Notes: generated by a model from the sequence alone, not told the origin. 64,000 nucleotides of DNA from an uncultured Methanosarcinaceae archaeon (GCA_963721455.1 CAVRJG010000008.1:34749-98748), one strand, 5' to 3'; shown: positions 11,456 through 23,282, counted from the first letter of the stretch. Numbers and translations: made by a program.

Positions 11456-14400
11456 TTACTTTCGCTCATTATTTTCGCTATTATTTTCGCTATTATTTTT
11501 ACTATTATTTTCGTTATTATTTTCGCGTCCTTCATCAAGTTCGGGGATGTACCGGTACCCGCTGCCCTGGATTCCCGGACCCTCGTCCGGTTCCGGGATA
11601 TACTCGCTGGCATTGTTTTCCAGGTTATCATAAGGCTCCCGGAGAGTTCCTGGCTGCCGGGACATGTCTGTCATGTTCATACTTACGTTCTCCGAAAAAT
11701 TTTCATCTCCCCCGTACCACCTTGAGGGCAGGGAATAATCCAGGCTGTCATTATAAGTATCAGGAAGGAAGAATCTGGTCCCTCTTTCCTGCAGAGCTTC
11801 CACAAAACCGGGATCGATTTCATCAAGCTTCGCCTTGCACACAGCAGCCTCATCTAATTTCTTTATGTTGTAAAGGGCAAAACGTTTGTTGTAGAGGGTT
11901 GAAGATGAGTTAGGGTTGATTGCAAGAGCACTGTCATAACATGTAATTGCTTCTTCAACTTCCCCCATCACATTATGGATGTACCCTTTATTATACCAGG
12001 CTGTGATGCAGTCAGGTTTAAGCTGGACCACTTTGTCGAAGCAGTTCAGGGCAGCATTATTGCCGCTTATTGTTAAGTAAGCACATCCCTGGAAATACCA
12101 GGCTGTAGCATTGTCGGGATTATACTCCAGGGCTTTATTGTAGCAATCAATGGCTTCCTGGTGTCTCTCAAGCTTGTAGAAAGCAAAACCTTTATTATTA
12201 TATGCATTTATATTCGCAGGGTCCAGCTCAAGGATCCTGTCGTAGCAGTCAATTGCTCCCTCGAAATCTCCGCCGTTTTCCAGAGCTTTTCCCTTCCTGT
12301 AAATTATCTCCCTGTTACCTGGTGAAATTTCAAGCATTCTCTCATAATTTTCAGCAGCTTCCTCATACCTGCCAAGCTCCTCAAATAAAGAGGCTTTATC
12401 AGCCAGGACTTTTGAATTATCAGGCTGAAGCTCCAGGATTTTATCGTAGTCTGCCAGCGCGTCGTCGGATTTACCGGATTTCGACAGAGCAAGAGCCCGG
12501 TTCTCCAGAGCTCCAAGGTTTTCAGGCTGAGAATCAAGGAGAGCGGTGTAACAGGAGATTGCCTCCTCATACCTGCCGAGGTTTGAGAGGGCCAGACATT
12601 TCCCATAGAGAGCCTCTGAATTGCTTGAGTTCAGAGCAAGCACCTGGTCATAGTAATTGACAGCCTCTTCCGATCTTCCGAGATTGTTTACAGCAGAGGC
12701 TATCCCGTACCAGGCAGTACTTGACTGGGGATCGAGATCCAGGGCTTTTTTGTAGCATTCCAGAGCTTCCTCGCCCCTTCCGAGCCTGTCAAGCACCGAG
12801 CCCTTTTCATACCATGCCTCAGGACGTGAAGGGTTAATCGCGAGCGCCATATCATAAGAGGTAAGGGCATCCTCGTACAGTCCAAGTTTACTGTAGGTAG
12901 AAGCCTTCCCATACCATGCCGCATCATAACCGAATTCCGGACTAAATAAGTTCAGATTTTCGGAAAATTCCGAATCGTCCCCTGAATTCGCATACCTGTA
13001 ATTCAGAAGATAAGCCCAGAAGCCTCCTGAAAGTGTCTGGACTGGATTGGCATCAGCGCTGTTATTTGTAACAGGCCCGGATACAGGAGTTTCTGTTGAA
13101 CGTAGTTCCATGTTTTTGTTCAACTTAAAACGGGCAGCAGAATACCCGGGATTGATCAGAAGAGTCTGGTTGTAGCAGCCTGAAGCTTCCTCGTGCTTTC
13201 CGAGCTGATCAAGGACAAGGCCTTTATTGTAGCAGGCATCAGCACTGTCAGGGGCAGCAATAAGGACCCTATTGTAACACTCAAGCGAGTTTTCGTATTC
13301 TCCTAGCTTTGCCAGGGCAAATGCCCGGCCGTACCATGCAAGTGGATAGTTTTCGTCAAGTTCGAGAGCTTTATCGTAGCTTTTTATCGCACCTTTGTAG
13401 TCTTTGATTTTTGAAGAGTCGAAACCTTTTCTGTACCAGACTTTAGCGTACCCGGAATCCAGCTTCAGGGCTTGATCATAACACTCAGCCGCCTCTTCAT
13501 ACCTGCCAAGCCTGTCAAAGTCCAGGCCTTTCATGTACCAGACCACAGCATGTCCTGACTCGGTTTCGAGAACCTTGTCATAACACTTAAGCGCAGCCTC
13601 GTAATTTTCAAGCTTATCAAAAGACAGCCCTTTATCGTACCATATCTTGACTGTGGGAGACTTAAACGCAGGAGTTTCAGGGTAAGATGGAAGCGCAGAT
13701 TCGTAAACGCTCAGGTTTTCGAGCAGGTCACCTCCGATCTCCTCCACTTCAATCCCCACGTCCGGGTTAAGGGCCCTGTCATAACAGACTATTGCAGCAT
13801 CATACTGCCCGGTCTTATTAAGCAGATAGCCTTTACTGTACCAGGCTTCGGAGTTGCCAGGATTATAGGCCAGTACCTCATCGTAGCACTGGAGAGATTC
13901 GTCGTTTCTCCCAAGCTTTTCGAGGCATAAGCCTTTTTTCTGCAAGGCTTCGAGGTTTTCAGGCCCTGAAAGAAGAACAAAATCATAGCAGTTAAGAGCC
14001 TCCTGATACATTTCCATCCTTTCGAGGTTCACACCTTTATTGTACCAGGCATTTACCATATCAGGATTAAAGGAAATTGCCCTGTCATAGCACTCTATTG
14101 CAGCTTCGTAATTGTCGGATTTGTCAAAAATAACTCCTTTCTGGTACCAGAGTTCATAGTCGTCAGGAGTAATGTCAAGAGCCCTGTCAAAGCATTTCAT
14201 TGCTTCTTCGTATTGTTCAAGTCCGGCACAAGCCATCCCTTCCATAAGTAGAGATCTGGAAGAATTTGAGTTCAGTTCAATAGATTTCTCATAAGAAGCA
14301 AGGGTTTGCTGGTCAAGGTTAAGCTGCTCAGAAGCAAGGGCTTTCCGGAACCAGATTGTGGAAAGGTAGGTATCCTCAGCGAGGCTTTTATCATAACAAT

Positions 14401-14857
14401 TAATAGCCTCGATATATTTGTTTAGCTCAAAAAGCTCATTACCTTTATCATGCAAGTTCCCGGAAGAAACCGGAACGGTCACAAGAGCCATGTCGTAAGA
14501 GTCAATTGCTTCTTCATTTCTTCCTAATCCGGCCAGAGAACATCCTTTTCCATACCAGGCCATTGAAGAACCAGGGTCAATCTTGAGTGCATCGTTATAA
14601 GAGCCCAAAGAAAGCTCGTATTCTTTCAGAGAATATAATGCATGGCCTTTATCTATCAGGCCTTCTACAGAAACCGGATGCTGTGCCATTACCTCATCAA
14701 GACTGGGCACAGCTTCGGTCCCTTTGCTATCTTCAACAACCAATTTGTGATTTGCAACAGCTCCTGCTGCAGGTAAAAAACCTGAAAAGAAATATAACAT
14801 AACAGCAAGGAGAATTAAAGAATTAAAGATCAAATTATTTTCTTTAATTGAGCTCAT
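11456..14857 (-). CDS. Large TPR-repeat protein with N-terminal signal/TM segment
   Basis: Many W..KG..L..LG..EEA..CYD.AL repeats; hydrophobic N-terminus; Asn/Glu-rich tail. Confidence 0.9.
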   Translation of the reverse strand: MSSIKENNLIFNSLILLAVMLYFFSGFLPAAGAVANHKLVVEDSKGTEAVPSLDEVMAQHPVSVEGLIDKGHALYSLKEYELSLGSYNDALKIDPGSSMAWYGKGCSLAGLGRNEEAIDSYDMALVTVPVSSGNLHDKGNELFELNKYIEAINCYDKSLAEDTYLSTIWFRKALASEQLNLDQQTLASYEKSIELNSNSSRSLLMEGMACAGLEQYEEAMKCFDRALDITPDDYELWYQKGVIFDKSDNYEAAIECYDRAISFNPDMVNAWYNKGVNLERMEMYQEALNCYDFVLLSGPENLEALQKKGLCLEKLGRNDESLQCYDEVLAYNPGNSEAWYSKGYLLNKTGQYDAAIVCYDRALNPDVGIEVEEIGGDLLENLSVYESALPSYPETPAFKSPTVKIWYDKGLSFDKLENYEAALKCYDKVLETESGHAVVWYMKGLDFDRLGRYEEAAECYDQALKLDSGYAKVWYRKGFDSSKIKDYKGAIKSYDKALELDENYPLAWYGRAFALAKLGEYENSLECYNRVLIAAPDSADACYNKGLVLDQLGKHEEASGCYNQTLLINPGYSAARFKLNKNMELRSTETPVSGPVTNNSADANPVQTLSGGFWAYLLNYRYANSGDDSEFSENLNLFSPEFGYDAAWYGKASTYSKLGLYEDALTSYDMALAINPSRPEAWYEKGSVLDRLGRGEEALECYKKALDLDPQSSTAWYGIASAVNNLGRSEEAVNYYDQVLALNSSNSEALYGKCLALSNLGRYEEAISCYTALLDSQPENLGALENRALALSKSGKSDDALADYDKILELQPDNSKVLADKASLFEELGRYEEAAENYERMLEISPGNREIIYRKGKALENGGDFEGAIDCYDRILELDPANINAYNNKGFAFYKLERHQEAIDCYNKALEYNPDNATAWYFQGCAYLTISGNNAALNCFDKVVQLKPDCITAWYNKGYIHNVMGEVEEAITCYDSALAINPNSSSTLYNKRFALYNIKKLDEAAVCKAKLDEIDPGFVEALQERGTRFFLPDTYNDSLDYSLPSRWYGGDENFSENVSMNMTDMSRQPGTLREPYDNLENNASEYIPEPDEGPGIQGSGYRYIPELDEGRENNNENNSKNNSENNSENNERK
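11458..11526 (-). repeat. Imperfect 12-bp tandem repeat encoding the (E/K)NNS tail
   Basis: TTATTTTCGCTA-like units repeated on the + strand. Confidence 0.7.
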
Positions 14858-15241
14858 TAAATACCCCGATTTATTCTAATGAGTTCTTACTGAAAGTTTT
14901 CATAAAGAGTCTTTTACTATCATTTACAATCACTACCCTGTGCAGTTTCATAACTGCGTAAATGAGAATATTCAGAGAATAAAAGTAACTAGAAAATTCC
15001 TTTTGTTCCCCCCGTAGATAGTTTGCCCAGTTTGAGTGGATCTTTCTCAGATATTTTCCATACATAGTTATTTAATTTTAGAAGTAACCCCATATATAAT
15101 TTATGTAGTTTAAAAAGAATTACCAGATTTTTACTATATTTAGCGCAACAGTATATTATTGTTATAGAAATAATATATAGTAAGATAAAAACCTGCAAAT
15201 CTGCGCAAAGTATTATACATCAAGATTCCTATTGCAGAAGC

Positions 15242-16084
15242 ATGCAGAAGGAAGACCTGGAATATTTCAGAAAATGGTTTCTGGATTATGTAAACCGATT
15301 CTCTTCTCCTGACTCTTTTATCCGGGAAAACATCACTCTGAAAATCGAGCATACGGCAAGAGTTTGTGAAAATATCCTTTTACTTGCTAAAGCTGAAAAA
15401 ATTGGCGAAGAAGGTTACAGGCTCGCCGAAACAATAGCTTTATTTCATGATCTGGGCCGCTTTGAGCAGTTTATGAAATATAAAACGTTCAAAGACTCGG
15501 AATCAGAAAATCATGCCCTTCTTGGGGTAAAAATCCTGAAAAATACGGGAATTCTTACCAACCTTCCCCTAAAAGAGAAGGATTTCATTATAAAAGCTGT
15601 GGAATACCATAATCTTATGGAAATTCCCGGATGTGCAGAGAGTTTCGAAGAGCTTCTTTTTTACTCAAGACTAATCCGGGATGCGGATAAGCTGGATATC
15701 CTGAAACTTACGAGTGAAGATTATGAGAAAGAGGAGAAATGCAGGAATCCGGCCCTTGGGTTCGATATGCCCGATACGCCCGGGTGTTCAGAAAACATAG
15801 TTGCGGACATCCTGAATAACAGGATGGCAAAGATTCGAGACGCCAGAAACCAGAACGATTTAAAACTCCTTCGCCTTAGCTGGATTTTTGACATTAACTT
15901 TCCTGCGACTTTTGCCCTCCTCAAAGAACGCGGCTACCTTGATACAATTTTATCCTCCCTGCCGGGAACAGAAGAAGTGTATATTATACGCAGACATCTA
16001 GATAACTGTTTGAATGAAGCTGAAATAAATGCCAGAACAGGGGCCATAAGCCTTAAAGATGTAAATCGGAGTGAACCGGGATAA
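15242..16084 (+). CDS. HD-domain phosphohydrolase
   Basis: EHT.RV, ALFHDLGR, NH, YHN and IRDADKLD motifs. Confidence 0.9.
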   Translation: MQKEDLEYFRKWFLDYVNRFSSPDSFIRENITLKIEHTARVCENILLLAKAEKIGEEGYRLAETIALFHDLGRFEQFMKYKTFKDSESENHALLGVKILKNTGILTNLPLKEKDFIIKAVEYHNLMEIPGCAESFEELLFYSRLIRDADKLDILKLTSEDYEKEEKCRNPALGFDMPDTPGCSENIVADILNNRMAKIRDARNQNDLKLLRLSWIFDINFPATFALLKERGYLDTILSSLPGTEEVYIIRRHLDNCLNEAEINARTGAISLKDVNRSEPG

Positions 16085-16154
16085 AAGAAGGAGAAGAACA
16101 ACATAAGAAATTTGAAAAATCGTTTATCTGGAGAAGAGGAATTCACTCCGCAAT

Positions 16155-16301
16155 TCACTCCATATATCTTCTACGGTATTCATTGCCCAGACTGCGCCGG
16201 TAATCCGAACGAACCTGGCTTCTTGACTGTTCTTCAAGCATTGATTCCAGGGAATCTTCTTTCAGTTCATCCTGTCTACAGCGATCTTTTTCCTCTGTCA
16301 T
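16155..16301 (-). CDS. Small charged hypothetical protein (48 aa)
   Basis: GGGTGA SD before the ATG at 16301; MTEEKDRCRQDELKED...; no family recognised. Confidence 0.35.
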   Translation of the reverse strand: MTEEKDRCRQDELKEDSLESMLEEQSRSQVRSDYRRSLGNEYRRRYME

Positions 16302-16434
16302 ATTAAAATCACCCCTGTCTTCACCAAATAAAAACATATTTTTGTTGTAATTTATACTTTTATGTAAATTTACTGTTTCACCATTTTAAGTAGAGTTTTC
16401 ATGTTCTTCTTTCCGGGCCAGGGCCCAAAGAAGT

Positions 16435-17184
16435 TCAGGTCCTATCGATTGCCTTGAGTCCGGAAGGCTGTTCAATAAATTCCACCTCAATGCCGGGAAG
16501 TTCGCGCAGCCTGGAACATAAAGCCTCCATACCCGGGTTTTCCGTGGCATAATGAGTAGCGTCAATCAGGCAGAGGTCCCCGTAAGCGCGGAGAACCTCA
16601 TGCTTAAGTTCGGAAGATACAAAAGCATCAATTTTATTTGCCCTGGCAATTTCAAGGAACTCACTCCTGAAACCGCTACCTCCGATGACCATCACCCGCC
16701 TGATATTTTCTCTTTCTCCGGCATACATTACAGGAGTTTGCAGGCACTCTGAGACACGGGCTGCCAGTTCAGCCGAAGAACATGGTTCGATTTCACCTAT
16801 CCTACCTATTTCCGCAGTTTCTATGTTCCTGAGCCCAAGCCTTGCAGCAAGCACATCATTGACACCACCTTCAGCCCTGTCGTAATTTGTGTGCATGCTG
16901 TAAAGGGATATCCTGTTCTCAAGGGCAATCTCGAGGGATTCTGCCAGAGTTTTTGAAATTTTGTTTATCGGATGAAAGATAAGGGTGTGGTGAGTAATAA
17001 GCAGATCTGCCCTCATTTCTGCGGCTTTTTTAAGGACGTAAGAGTTGGCATCGAGGGCGACTGCGATCCTCTCTACATTGTTTTCCAGGCCGAGAATTAG
17101 TCCGATCCTGCCTTCGTCAAAGTCATCAGCAAGTTCAGGTGGCGCAATTTCTTCGAGAATTTCTACAATATTTACAAGTTCCAT
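16435..17184 (-). CDS. Nif3/DUF34 dinuclear metal-centre protein
   Basis: LLITHH, MHTNYD, G.ND.LA and IDATHYATE motifs. Confidence 0.92.
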   Translation of the reverse strand: MELVNIVEILEEIAPPELADDFDEGRIGLILGLENNVERIAVALDANSYVLKKAAEMRADLLITHHTLIFHPINKISKTLAESLEIALENRISLYSMHTNYDRAEGGVNDVLAARLGLRNIETAEIGRIGEIEPCSSAELAARVSECLQTPVMYAGERENIRRVMVIGGSGFRSEFLEIARANKIDAFVSSELKHEVLRAYGDLCLIDATHYATENPGMEALCSRLRELPGIEVEFIEQPSGLKAIDRT

Positions 17185-17709
17185 GAAAAAGACCTCCGGC
17201 AGCCGGACGAAGCTGGGTTCTCTTCAGTTTGGATTTGAAATACCTTCTCCCGGTTCGGCCAGTGACACACCGCCTTAAAAAGAAAACACCTCTGATATTA
17301 GAAGCTTATTGAAGTTTTTCCAAATCATTACAAAAAATTGAAATACCATATACTAAGATATTTTATAGAGTTTTGACAAAATATCTTATTAAAACGACCT
17401 TAAAAATAAACATCGAAAACCAGCGAATTACAGGATTAGAAATAATAAAGTTAGACTGTAATAAGAAAACGGTGAAATCATATTTATAAAAGCAATAGCG
17501 GGTTAAAAAACTATAAATTATGAGGGATGTGCTGGGGCAAAAACAATGCGGCGAATAATAAAATACGGCTTTGGCAATTAATCATTTAGTAAATATTTAT
17601 ATTTTGGTGATATAAATATTTAAGAAGCCGTAACCATCGCAGAAGCTCAAAATCCATGCTTCCAGTGCACAGATCCGGTATAAAAGTGTCAAATTCAAGG
17701 AAGGTAATT

Positions 17710-19314
17710 ATGGATAAGAAGATTGCACTGACTGCATTACTTGCCGTTTTCATCTTCTCGGGCCTCTCAACTGCCGCCCTTGCGGCAGAAGATATCGAGT
17801 GGGTAGAGAAAATGGACGCAGCAAAACTGTACTGGGGAGATACCGTAACAGTCGAAGGCTACGTTATAAAGGCAGAAGATTTCAACGAAGAGAAGATGGT
17901 GTTCGTTTCGATCTCAAAGGATGGGGAAAAACTAAAGACTGCTCCTCTTTCCGCAGGGTTTGAAGCCATATATAATGATGAGATAAAGGTTTATGCCCAG
18001 AATGTAGATCCAAATTATGAAACTATCACTAATGGCGGAAAGGAATTCAGGACAGGAAATTCGAATCCTTATGCCGAGCTGGATATTCTTATAAAAGGAA
18101 AGCCGAATTTTGACATAGACGTTGAAACCAAAAAAAATACATATGATTCTAAATCGACTGGAGATAGTAGAATCGACGTAGTTATAAAACTTAAGAATGA
18201 CGGAAAAGCAAAAGCCGAAGATGTAGTACTGACCGTCGACACAGCTGGAATGGAGATACTTAAAGGAAAACCGAGGTACACATTTACAGAAGTTGTTAAA
18301 GACACGACTCTTGAACCTGTGAATCTCACATTGAAAGCACCCACTCCGTGGGAAGATACTGACCTTAATATAACTGCAAAAACCATGTGCGTGGATGCAA
18401 AGGACGAGAAGTATGAAAATGTGGGTTCCAAAATCATAAAAATAGAAAAAAAATGGGGCCTTGTTATTTCAAAGATTGTTACAAAAGATAACCACATGGG
18501 GAAGCCTGTACATGTCTCGGTCAATGTCCGGAACGAAGGGCTCTGCGACATAAACAATATCGTACTTAAGGATTCGATCGCTCCCGAAATGCACCTTCAG
18601 AAAGACGCGGTGCTCGATAAGACGCTTTCTCTTAAATCCGGAGAAAAAGCTGAAAAGGTTTTTGAGTATACACTGATTCCTGAAAAGCCTGGAGAATTTA
18701 CCTTCCCGAAAACCATGGCTGCCTTCACCCTTCCCAATGGACAGGACGCAGAAGCGGGTTCTAATAATTCGGAAAAGATAAAAATTTATGGGCCCGAGAT
18801 AATAATTACGAAAACCGTTGACAGGCAGCAGCTAAATCCAGGAGATGAACTGACTGTAACGGTCACTGCAAAGAACACCGGAAACGTTGATGCAAGTGTA
18901 ACAGTAACCGACACCGTACCTCCGGAAGCTAAATTAATAAGCGGGGAAACGAATTTCAAGCAGATTCTCGGAAGCGATGGCGGTTCAAAAACAATAACTT
19001 ACATCCTGCAAATGAATAAAGAAGGGGAAATCAAACTGCCTGCATGCGAAGCAAGTTTCCTCGACCTTGATAAATACTCAGGAGAAGTGAGTTCAGAAAC
19101 TCCTGTTGTTTATGTAGGAATACCGATCCCTCTCGATGGAAATAGCGCGCATCCGGAAGACTCAACCGAATCTAACCAGGAAAAAAATGGATCCGACCAG
19201 GTGGGAACCAACGGTACGGAAGAAGATGATGAAGAAACTCCCGGATTTGGCTCTATACTTGCTGTAGCAGGACTTCTTACGGTCACAGGCGTACTAAGAA
19301 AGAGAAGCGCCTGA
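17710..19314 (+). CDS. Cell-surface protein (DUF11/BatD-like Ig repeats) with PGF-CTERM sorting signal
   Basis: Signal peptide MDKKIALTALLAVFIFSG; C-terminal TPGF, hydrophobic helix and RKRSA. Start moved to ATG 17710. Confidence 0.85.
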   Translation: MDKKIALTALLAVFIFSGLSTAALAAEDIEWVEKMDAAKLYWGDTVTVEGYVIKAEDFNEEKMVFVSISKDGEKLKTAPLSAGFEAIYNDEIKVYAQNVDPNYETITNGGKEFRTGNSNPYAELDILIKGKPNFDIDVETKKNTYDSKSTGDSRIDVVIKLKNDGKAKAEDVVLTVDTAGMEILKGKPRYTFTEVVKDTTLEPVNLTLKAPTPWEDTDLNITAKTMCVDAKDEKYENVGSKIIKIEKKWGLVISKIVTKDNHMGKPVHVSVNVRNEGLCDINNIVLKDSIAPEMHLQKDAVLDKTLSLKSGEKAEKVFEYTLIPEKPGEFTFPKTMAAFTLPNGQDAEAGSNNSEKIKIYGPEIIITKTVDRQQLNPGDELTVTVTAKNTGNVDASVTVTDTVPPEAKLISGETNFKQILGSDGGSKTITYILQMNKEGEIKLPACEASFLDLDKYSGEVSSETPVVYVGIPIPLDGNSAHPEDSTESNQEKNGSDQVGTNGTEEDDEETPGFGSILAVAGLLTVTGVLRKRSA

Positions 19315-19690
19315 TAAAACTGGAAGAAAGATTTCGGACGCTCTGGAGTTTCCAGGGCACCCATCCCCCGCTTTTTAATACTTTTAATATTTTGATTTAA
19401 TCACTTTTATTACTTTTTTCATTACCTGGCCTGATCTTTCCTGCCAGTTCTCAAAAGCAATACGTTAATGCAAGCTTCTTTTTACCTTGGGACCCGTTTG
19501 AGTAAAAAATAAAAATTTAACAATACGAAAATAAATATCTTCATGACTTTCCGAAAGTACAAAAGCAGAAGCTGGAAAGTAAAAAACAGAGGCTCAATGC
19601 TGTCATAAACAGAGGCTCAGTGCTGTCATTAAAAAAGAAACATAATTTATTGATACAGAATTTCTTGATACGGGAAAAAGGGATCAACGC

Positions 19691-20668
19691 ATGAAAGAAC
19701 CCCAAAACCAGCTTAAAGCGAAAACCCTGATTCTTACCCACGGAGATTCGGATGGGATCTGCTCGGGTGCAATTGCAAAAACAGCTTATCCGGATGCATA
19801 TGTATATTTTACAAATCCGGTTAGCCTTCTTGACGAACTAAAGCTTATAGAGGATGTGGAGACCCTTATTATCTGCGATATTGCAATCGACGAAAGACAC
19901 TGCTCCGAGCTGAGTGCAGTGCTTAACGAATTTGCAGAAAAATGCAGCCTTTATTATATTGACCACCACCCCCTTCCGGAAAGCTGTGAGAGAGAAAGCT
20001 GGTTCTATCATGATGTCGAAGCCTGTGCCTCCGAGCTGACCTACAGGCTCTTTGAGGACCGCCTGGACAGGGATATGCGGAGGATAGCAATCTACGGAGC
20101 GATCGGGGATTTCTGCGACAACACCCCCCATGTAAAGAACTGGGTCAAGGATTGGGACAAAAGGAGCCTTTATTTCCAGGCCGGAACTCTGACCCAGGCA
20201 ATCCTTTATAATGGAAAGGAATACGAATTTAAGAGAAAACTGCTCGAGCCCCTCTCAAAAGATACGATCCCTTCAAATATCCCTGAGCTTCTTGAGCTTG
20301 CCGGGGAAGCTGCAATTAACGAAGAAAAAATCCGGCTCTTTGTTAAAGAAAACGTGGAAATTCTGAGAAACAGCGCGTATATTGTAAATACGAATAACTC
20401 CATTTCAAAGGCAGCGATCTATGCAGCCTCCTACGGCAGACGGGAAGTGGGAATTGCAGCCGAGTACCGCGAGAGAAAGGACGCTTATGACCTGAGTATC
20501 CGCTCCCGGGGAAAGGTTGACGTAAACCGTATTCTCCGTTCAGTCGCCCCGAAATTCGGAGGAAGCGGCGGAGGACACCCTCTTGCAGCAGGAGCGCGCA
20601 TCCCCGAAAATTCCCTTGAGGCTTTCCTCAGGGCTTTTGATAAAGCACTAGGAGAGGCAAATGGGTAA
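19691..20668 (+). CDS. DHH/DHHA1 phosphoesterase
   Basis: THGDSDG, CD, IDHH and GGSGGGHPLAAG motifs. Confidence 0.9.
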   Translation: MKEPQNQLKAKTLILTHGDSDGICSGAIAKTAYPDAYVYFTNPVSLLDELKLIEDVETLIICDIAIDERHCSELSAVLNEFAEKCSLYYIDHHPLPESCERESWFYHDVEACASELTYRLFEDRLDRDMRRIAIYGAIGDFCDNTPHVKNWVKDWDKRSLYFQAGTLTQAILYNGKEYEFKRKLLEPLSKDTIPSNIPELLELAGEAAINEEKIRLFVKENVEILRNSAYIVNTNNSISKAAIYAASYGRREVGIAAEYRERKDAYDLSIRSRGKVDVNRILRSVAPKFGGSGGGHPLAAGARIPENSLEAFLRAFDKALGEANG

Positions 20669-20753
20669 AAAACAACGGAACCAGCAATCGGAGAGCTATG
20701 TGACCACGCCGACGATGCCGTTTTCGATCAAACATTTTAAAAAAGTTTTCGCT

Positions 20754-20776
20754 CAAGCCTTTTTTGAAAAGGCTTG
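20754..20776. repeat. Short palindrome CAAGCCTTTT-TTG-AAAAGGCTTG
   Basis: 10-bp inverted repeat directly upstream of the engB SD. Confidence 0.6.
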
Positions 20777-20789
20777 GAGGTAAAAAACA

Positions 20790-21419
20790 ATGGAAACCAC
20801 TAAAACTGCAGCTGAAAGCGGTATAAATCTTGAAATTATTTTTGTAGGCCGCTCAAACGTGGGCAAATCCTCCCTGCTCAGGGAGCTCTTCGGGGCAAAA
20901 GTAAGGGTTGGAAGACGTCCAGGCGTTACCCTGCGTCCCAGACACGCCCAGGCCTCGGACCTTCTTATCACGGATATGCCGGGCTTCGGCTTCATGAGCG
21001 GAGTGAAAGACCGGAAGCAGGATATTGTAAAAGACCAAACAATACGCTATATCGAAGATAATGCCGAAAGGATCAAAATCGGGGTCCTTGTAATAGACGG
21101 CCCGGCTTTCCCTCAAATAGCCGACCGCTGGGACTCGAGGGACCAGATCCCGGTAGACATTGAAATGTTCGATTTCATGAGGGAGGTAGGAATTGACACT
21201 ATTGTTGCTGCGAACAAGATGGACAAAGTAAAAGAAGACGAGCATGACCCTCTCCTTGATGGAATTACAGGCCGCCTCGGGCTTAAGCCTCCCTGGCAGA
21301 ACTGGAAACACCTGATAGCCCCTATCAGCGCCAAGAAAGGAGACCTGAAAGCCATAAAGGGCCTTCTTCGGGACAGGCTGCACGAAATGAAAAGAGATGA
21401 CCTGTTCAAGTATGTTTGA
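20790..21419 (+). CDS. engB: GTP-binding protein EngB/YsxC
   Basis: G1 GRSNVGKSS, PGVT, DMPGFG and NKMD. Confidence 0.92.
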   Translation: METTKTAAESGINLEIIFVGRSNVGKSSLLRELFGAKVRVGRRPGVTLRPRHAQASDLLITDMPGFGFMSGVKDRKQDIVKDQTIRYIEDNAERIKIGVLVIDGPAFPQIADRWDSRDQIPVDIEMFDFMREVGIDTIVAANKMDKVKEDEHDPLLDGITGRLGLKPPWQNWKHLIAPISAKKGDLKAIKGLLRDRLHEMKRDDLFKYV

Positions 21420-21511
21420 TTCCTTTCTTAAGCAGGCCAGTTTATCACTTTATTTCAATCTTTTTTGGAAAATAGTAAAGGAACAGAGCCATTCAAGGTA
21501 TTTAGAGCCAT

Positions 21512-23218
21512 TTACATCCGTTTCATCTGCTGGCTGTATACGCGCCCTATCCTCTGGATTGTATCCGCTTCTTCGGGGTCTTTATCGTCCCGGATGCGGA
21601 TGAAGCGGGGAAAACGCAGTGCAAAGCCCGAGTCGTAGTTGGGGCTTTTCTGGATTTCCTCAAAAGCGATTTCCAGAACGACCTTCGGCCTGACTGCAAA
21701 TACCCCGCCTGCTTCCCCGCCTTCCATTAATCCGGAAAGTATTTCCGTGAGTTCCTTTAGCTGCTCATCGGTCAGGCCTGTACCGACCTTACCGACCTGC
21801 ATGAAGCGGGAAGTATCAGGGTCATAGCAGGCAACAGTGTAAGAGCCTATAAGGTTTGCACGCCTGCCAAAGCCCCATTCAGCTCCCACAACTACAAGGT
21901 CAAGGGTTTCCATAAGGGGCTTTTTCTTTAGCCAGTTTTTGCCGCGCTTGCCGGGGGAATAAACTGAATTCGGGTTTTTGACCATCAAGCCTTCGTGCCC
22001 GGCTTTCAAGGCTTCCCTATAAATCTTTTCCACGACCTCCAGATCTCCGGTTATCACCTGTTTGTCCACGCAGATGGATTTTGAGTCCTCAACTGAACTC
22101 TCCACGCAGGACTCAAGCGCTTTTCGCCGCTCTAGAAGAGGAAGGTCAATCAGCGTTTTGCCATTCAGGTACATAATGTCAAAAAGGTTGAGCTGGATAG
22201 GGATTCCAAGCGCTTTCTCTTCCACATCGTATTTGCGCCGGAAACGTTTAAGAATTTCCTGAAAGGCCCTGGGCTTCCCGTTTTCGTCCACTGCAACGGC
22301 TTCTCCGTCAAGGATTGCAGACTCAGCCTTTACGTGTTTACGGATTATTTCCACAAGATCCGGGAGGGAGTTCGTGACATTTTCCAGTTTTCGTGAAAAA
22401 AGGGTAACCGAGTTTCCATCCTTGTGGATCTGCACTCTTGCTCCATCGAATTTCCATTCAATTGCAGCTTCTTTCATGTCCCTTATATCGGCATCTATGT
22501 CAGGGCTGATCTGCGAGAGCATCACCCTGATCGGGCGGTTGATTTCAATTCCCAGGTGTTCCAGGGCTTCTATCCCGCCTTTCTTGGCAGCCGCAGCCAC
22601 TATCCCGAGGTCATTTGTGACCATAAAGGAGTGCTCAACCATATCAGGAGGGACGGAAAAAGCCTTTGCGATGGCATCCCTTACAACGCCTTCCCCGACA
22701 CCTATACGGAGTTCTTCAAGCGCAAGCCTGGAAATATACTTTGCTTCCCTTGGGGTTGAGGAGTTAAAGAGAAACTGAAGGTTTTTGACCTTAATTTCCT
22801 GCGAGCCCTTTCCCGAGGCTTCGGAAGCCGTCTTGAAGCGTTTATAAACTTCAGTTATTGAGAGTTCCGGCTGTTCTTCGAGAAAAGAAGAAAAAGTGAC
22901 CTGATTTTTCCGTTTTTCCTTAAGGATAAGAAGCGATGTATCTCCTATGTCTCCAGTTGTCCGGATAAGAGATTCTATGCTTTTTATAGACATTCCCGAG
23001 GCTTTGGAGAGGGAAACATACAGCAGGCTCGTGCCAATTCCCAGTTGCTCCCCACTCCAGGCAGGAAAAACCTCACTCATGATAAAGTGAGTTGCAATGG
23101 GCAACTCTTCTACATCAACTTTTTTAAGAAGATCAGCAACCCTGTTTGTAGTATCGATAGTACTCGATATTTTTTCAATTGCCTGGCAGGTTTCTGCAAA
23201 TTCCCTGAAGCTTGTCAT
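21512..23218 (-). CDS. lig: ATP-dependent DNA ligase
   Basis: EWKFDGAR adenylation motif, EGLMVK, ALRFPRF. Confidence 0.97.
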   Translation of the reverse strand: MTSFREFAETCQAIEKISSTIDTTNRVADLLKKVDVEELPIATHFIMSEVFPAWSGEQLGIGTSLLYVSLSKASGMSIKSIESLIRTTGDIGDTSLLILKEKRKNQVTFSSFLEEQPELSITEVYKRFKTASEASGKGSQEIKVKNLQFLFNSSTPREAKYISRLALEELRIGVGEGVVRDAIAKAFSVPPDMVEHSFMVTNDLGIVAAAAKKGGIEALEHLGIEINRPIRVMLSQISPDIDADIRDMKEAAIEWKFDGARVQIHKDGNSVTLFSRKLENVTNSLPDLVEIIRKHVKAESAILDGEAVAVDENGKPRAFQEILKRFRRKYDVEEKALGIPIQLNLFDIMYLNGKTLIDLPLLERRKALESCVESSVEDSKSICVDKQVITGDLEVVEKIYREALKAGHEGLMVKNPNSVYSPGKRGKNWLKKKPLMETLDLVVVGAEWGFGRRANLIGSYTVACYDPDTSRFMQVGKVGTGLTDEQLKELTEILSGLMEGGEAGGVFAVRPKVVLEIAFEEIQKSPNYDSGFALRFPRFIRIRDDKDPEEADTIQRIGRVYSQQMKRM

Positions 23219-23251
23219 AATCCACGCAGCTTTTTTATTTTATTTTTTTTC

Positions 23252-23275
23252 GAATTCGGGTTTTTGCCCGAATTC
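23252..23275. other. Hairpin between hom and lig
   Basis: GAATTCGGG-TTTTTG-CCCGAATTC, a perfect 9-bp stem; function unknown. Confidence 0.4.
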
Positions 23276-23282
23276 TTAACCC

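Noticed and set aside
17186-17280. GC-rich leader of the Nif3 gene as a riboswitch
   Set aside because: Only partial pairing and no aptamer motif that I recognise.
20661-20783. 40-aa ORF between the DHH gene and engB
   Set aside because: No recognisable features, and it spans a palindromic repeat; probably incidental.
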